From: an uncultured delta proteobacterium
GTDB taxonomy: Bacteria > Myxococcota_A > Polyangia > Haliangiales > Haliangiaceae
DNA length: 64,000 nt
Reading direction: 5' to 3'
Assembly: GCA_963848295.1 (NCBI GenBank)
Contig: CAWKDB010000010.1
Coordinates: 320,001-384,000, forward strand
This document shows positions 60,967-64,000 of the stretch, piece by piece (the first letter of the stretch is position 1; every line of letters begins with the position of its first letter). The notes under the pieces are model-generated. The model had not been told where the DNA came from. It made no database searches and was given only the letters and a program-made list of their open reading frames with translations. Position numbers and translations under genes: made by a program.

Positions 60967-61977
60967 TCAAAACGCGAGCCGCAAGCCGACGTCCACGCTC
61001 TCGTCCGCGGGCGAGATCACGCCCTGGACGTAGACATGTACGTACGGCACGTTGAGCTGGAGCCCGCCGAGCGCGTGCACGGTGACCACCCCGGGGCTGG
61101 CCGACCCGCTCGCGGTCACCGTCGCGGTACCGACGTTCTCCATGTTCGATCGGATGTCGATGTCACCGGCGAGCGCGACATCGATCGTCGCGGGCGCGAC
61201 CGTGACATCGAGCCCGCCGCCGGCGTACAGCGCGAGGTGATTCCACAGCCGCATGCCGGTCGTGACCTCGATCGGCACGGTCGAAGCCTTCGCGACGACG
61301 TTCAGCGTGCCGGTCGCCTCGAACGTGAGGTGCTCGGAGTCGCCGGCGGGGTTGTAGACCTTGAAGTTGATCGGCAGCGTGTCCGCCTTGCCGATCGTCG
61401 AGTACGCGTACTCGAAGCCGGTCGTCGCATCGAGCCCGAGCCAGCTGATCGCGCCGCGCCGCCGCTCGGGCAGGATCTTGTACTCGACGTGGACGCCGCC
61501 GGTCGCGAGGTGGCCGTCGAGCCCGTGGTACGACTCGGATTCGTAGTAGCCGTTCGCGAACACCGACCAGCGCGGATGCCCCCACCGGCCGAGGTTCGCG
61601 CCGGCCATGATCGCGAGGTTGAACACGATGCCGCCGAGCTCGTGACTCGAGTTGCCGAACGATGCATCGGTCGCGAGCGCGCCGTTCGCGACGACACCGA
61701 CCATCAGCTCGCCCGGCAGCACCGCGTAGTCGACGCCGAGCCCATGATCTGCGATCGCGCTCGTCGAGGCGAACGCCTTCAGCAGCTGCGGAATCTGCGC
61801 GGTCTGAAACAGCGTGTCGAACTGGGTCTCGGCGTTCGTGATCAGATCCGGCACGGTCAAGTTCAAGTAGCTCGCGAGCTGCGCGCCGTTCTGGTTGAGC
61901 TGGACCGTGACGGTCGAGTCCGCGCGCGCGCCCGTCGCGCAGCACGCCACGACGATCCCGACGGCGATCGTGCGCAT
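60967..61977 (-). CDS. Secreted/outer-membrane beta-barrel-like hypothetical protein
   Basis: Signal peptide, amphipathic strands, C-terminal VGLRLAF (terminal Phe). Confidence 0.75.
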   Translation of the reverse strand: MRTIAVGIVVACCATGARADSTVTVQLNQNGAQLASYLNLTVPDLITNAETQFDTLFQTAQIPQLLKAFASTSAIADHGLGVDYAVLPGELMVGVVANGALATDASFGNSSHELGGIVFNLAIMAGANLGRWGHPRWSVFANGYYESESYHGLDGHLATGGVHVEYKILPERRRGAISWLGLDATTGFEYAYSTIGKADTLPINFKVYNPAGDSEHLTFEATGTLNVVAKASTVPIEVTTGMRLWNHLALYAGGGLDVTVAPATIDVALAGDIDIRSNMENVGTATVTASGSASPGVVTVHALGGLQLNVPYVHVYVQGVISPADESVDVGLRLAF

Positions 61978-61979
61978 GG

Positions 61980-62855
61980 CTACCAGAAATCGAAGCCGAT
62001 CGCGGCTTGCACGATCAGCGGGTTGACCATGACGTCCATCTTCGCGGTGCCGACCTCGACCGTGCCGAACGCCGGGATGTTCGGCGTGGCGACTTGAATG
62101 TGCTCGGCGGTCGCGTGCGCGTCCATCAGCGCGATGAACTTCACGTCGAGGCGGGCGTAGAACAGCTTCGACAGCCGGACATCGAGCCCGGCTTGCAGCG
62201 CGAGCCCGGGAGCCGGATCCACCGTGAACTTCGGTTGCGATACCGCGGTCAGGATCGGGTTCGTCATCTTCGCGCTCGTCGCGATCAGCATCGCGAACCC
62301 AGCGCCCGCATACGGGCGAAACCGGCCGTGATCGATGAGCTGATACACCGCGGTCAGCACGGGCGGCGCCGCGGTCGCTTCGCCGAGCTCGGGACCGAGC
62401 GCCGGGACGCCGGTCGGAATGCCGAGCGCGGTCGGCGCGATCGATTGGTTCGCGAGCGTACCCGTCGCGCGAAACTTCACGGTGAACGGCGTGCCGAGCA
62501 CGGTCTCGAGCGACAGCCGATCGTGGAGCCACGGCAACACGACACCGACGATCAGCGCGGGAATCGTCGCGCCGGTGACCGAGGCGCCCGAGCCGGCGAT
62601 CGGACCGTCCATCACGGCGAGGCTCGCGGGGCCGTCGACGTCCGCGAGCTGCAGCTCGTTCGACGTTGCGAGCGGCTTGACGAACGCGACTCCGACACGG
62701 AGGTACACCCGATGGCGGCGCTCGGGTCTGAGCAGCGATGGCTGCGGCGCGACCGGCGTGACCGCGACGCCGACCGAGGCATCGGGCGCCGGATCGGCGC
62801 GGACGTCGCCGGCAATCACACCGAGCGCGACGACGATCGCGAGCGCGCGCGTCAC
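61980..62855 (-). CDS. OmpW/AlkL-family outer membrane protein
   Basis: SLETVLGTPF, APPVLTAVYQ, FRPYAGAG, GLALQAGLD, LDVKF, VNPLIVQAAIGFDF. Confidence 0.85.
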   Translation of the reverse strand: MTRALAIVVALGVIAGDVRADPAPDASVGVAVTPVAPQPSLLRPERRHRVYLRVGVAFVKPLATSNELQLADVDGPASLAVMDGPIAGSGASVTGATIPALIVGVVLPWLHDRLSLETVLGTPFTVKFRATGTLANQSIAPTALGIPTGVPALGPELGEATAAPPVLTAVYQLIDHGRFRPYAGAGFAMLIATSAKMTNPILTAVSQPKFTVDPAPGLALQAGLDVRLSKLFYARLDVKFIALMDAHATAEHIQVATPNIPAFGTVEVGTAKMDVMVNPLIVQAAIGFDFW

Positions 62856-64000
62856 TTCAAGCCTCCGCGCAGCGCGGGCGACACGAGCTGGAGCGCCATC
62901 AGGCCCTTCGGGATCAACAGGCCGATCGTGCCGGACGTGCCGAGCGGGCCGCTGATGTTCACCGTGACCGGGATGTCGGCATCGTTGGTCAACGAGATCG
63001 CGATTCGCCCGTCGGGTTGGACGTTGACCGGTCCGCTGAGCGACACGCTGAGCGGCTTGGAGTGGATGTCGTGACTGGCCAGCGTGATATCGAGATCATG
63101 CGCGTCCATGTACAGCGAGAGCGCGAGCTTCATCTGCGGTGGCCCGCCGTTGCCGTCGATGATGTAGCCGAGGATCGGCCCGCCGCCGGCCGGCTCGCGA
63201 ATCCGCAGGACCGACAGCCCGGTGTCGTTGTCGAGCGTGAACAGGTCGTCGAGGATGCCGGCGCTGAGCTTGACCGACGTGCCGTACATGATCTGCGGCG
63301 TCACCGTCACGGGGATGCAGCTCGCGGCGTTCGAGCCGTCGGGCAGCGTGCAGTTCGTCGCGAGCGCGCCGAGCTCGACCGGGGTCGCGCCCGAGATGTA
63401 GATGCAGTTCTCGACCTGGGGTGTCGACGGCACGCAATCGGCGCCGTCGAAGCTCGCGTCGTCGATGATTCCGGACGTGCTGACGACGCGCAGCGCCGCC
63501 TGGTTCGCGGGCGACGGCAGCTCGCCGGCATCGACGAACGCCGAGCCGTTGATGTCGGTGTACGGGTTCGCGGTCGCGACCATGAACGTCGAGCCGCTCG
63601 ACGCGGTCGCGGTGAACGGGATGACGATGTTCGGCCCGCCGCCGTCGCCGGTGCCCGCGCCCGCGAGCGGGTCGAAGCTCGCTGCCGCGCCACTCGGGCC
63701 GCACACCTCGCCGCCCTGGCAGCTCGCGTTGTTGTTGTCCGAGACCAGCGTCAGCGTGTACGCCGAGCCGACGACCCACGGTTGGTCCGGCACGAACGTC
63801 ACGGTGCGATCGTGATGCTCGATCGTGCCGGGCACCGGCATGCACGTGCCGGCCGTATCGACTTGCTCGATGCGCACGCTGCCGGTGCCGCACGTCGCGC
63901 CATCGAGCGTGATCGACGGCGCGTTGACCGGCTGGGTCAAGCCGATCACGACCGGCTCGTCGGTCGCGATCGTGAACGGCCGGTAGAGGTCATCGCTGTT
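62852..64000 (-). CDS. Secreted Ig-like-domain protein (C-terminal part; gene starts beyond the right edge)
   Basis: Frame stays open to the window edge; VTFVPDQPWVVGSAYTLTL is typical of bacterial Ig-like (Big_5) domains; several Cys pairs. Confidence 0.7.
   Translation of the reverse strand, partial: NSDDLYRPFTIATDEPVVIGLTQPVNAPSITLDGATCGTGSVRIEQVDTAGTCMPVPGTIEHHDRTVTFVPDQPWVVGSAYTLTLVSDNNNASCQGGEVCGPSGAAASFDPLAGAGTGDGGGPNIVIPFTATASSGSTFMVATANPYTDINGSAFVDAGELPSPANQAALRVVSTSGIIDDASFDGADCVPSTPQVENCIYISGATPVELGALATNCTLPDGSNAASCIPVTVTPQIMYGTSVKLSAGILDDLFTLDNDTGLSVLRIREPAGGGPILGYIIDGNGGPPQMKLALSLYMDAHDLDITLASHDIHSKPLSVSLSGPVNVQPDGRIAISLTNDADIPVTVNISGPLGTSGTIGLLIPKGLMALQLVSPALRGGLK

Overview
Very GC-rich bacterial chromosomal window. 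Gene content (several eukaryote-type Ser/Thr kinases, a 2.2 kaa TPR protein, many sigma-54 promoters, Cys-rich lipoproteins) points to a Myxococcota genome (inference). Left to right: mrdA-mreD-mreC-mreB, PpiD/SurA-like chaperone, giant TPR protein, AraC/ABM pair, clpB-dnaJ-lon, signalling and metabolic genes (MshEN-like mini-protein, pseudokinase, isocitrate dehydrogenase-family enzyme, Rieske ferredoxin, sigma-54 activator, ECF sigma, methyltransferase, hybrid histidine kinase, ABC1 kinase), a compositionally distinct ~7.5 kb cassette, secreted hypotheticals, tRNA-Phe, the MoxR/DUF58/SpoIIM/RDD operon and an OmpW/GH31 envelope operon. The most interesting element is the cassette at 30163-37612: an unannotated 46-aa double-glycine-type precursor-like peptide (missing from the ORF track), a divergent membrane-spanning kinase-STAND NTPase-WD40 protein, and a B12-dependent RiPP radical SAM C-methyltransferase. 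This may be a modified-peptide/receptor-kinase signalling module. Also seen: a recurrent leaderless-gene signature (TAnnnT 6-7 nt before the start codon), about eight sigma-54 promoter candidates (several in front of tiny or antisense ORFs), and two single-base frameshifts that look like assembly errors. No CRISPR, rRNA, transposase or integrase was seen. All family assignments come from motif recognition by eye; no searches were run.
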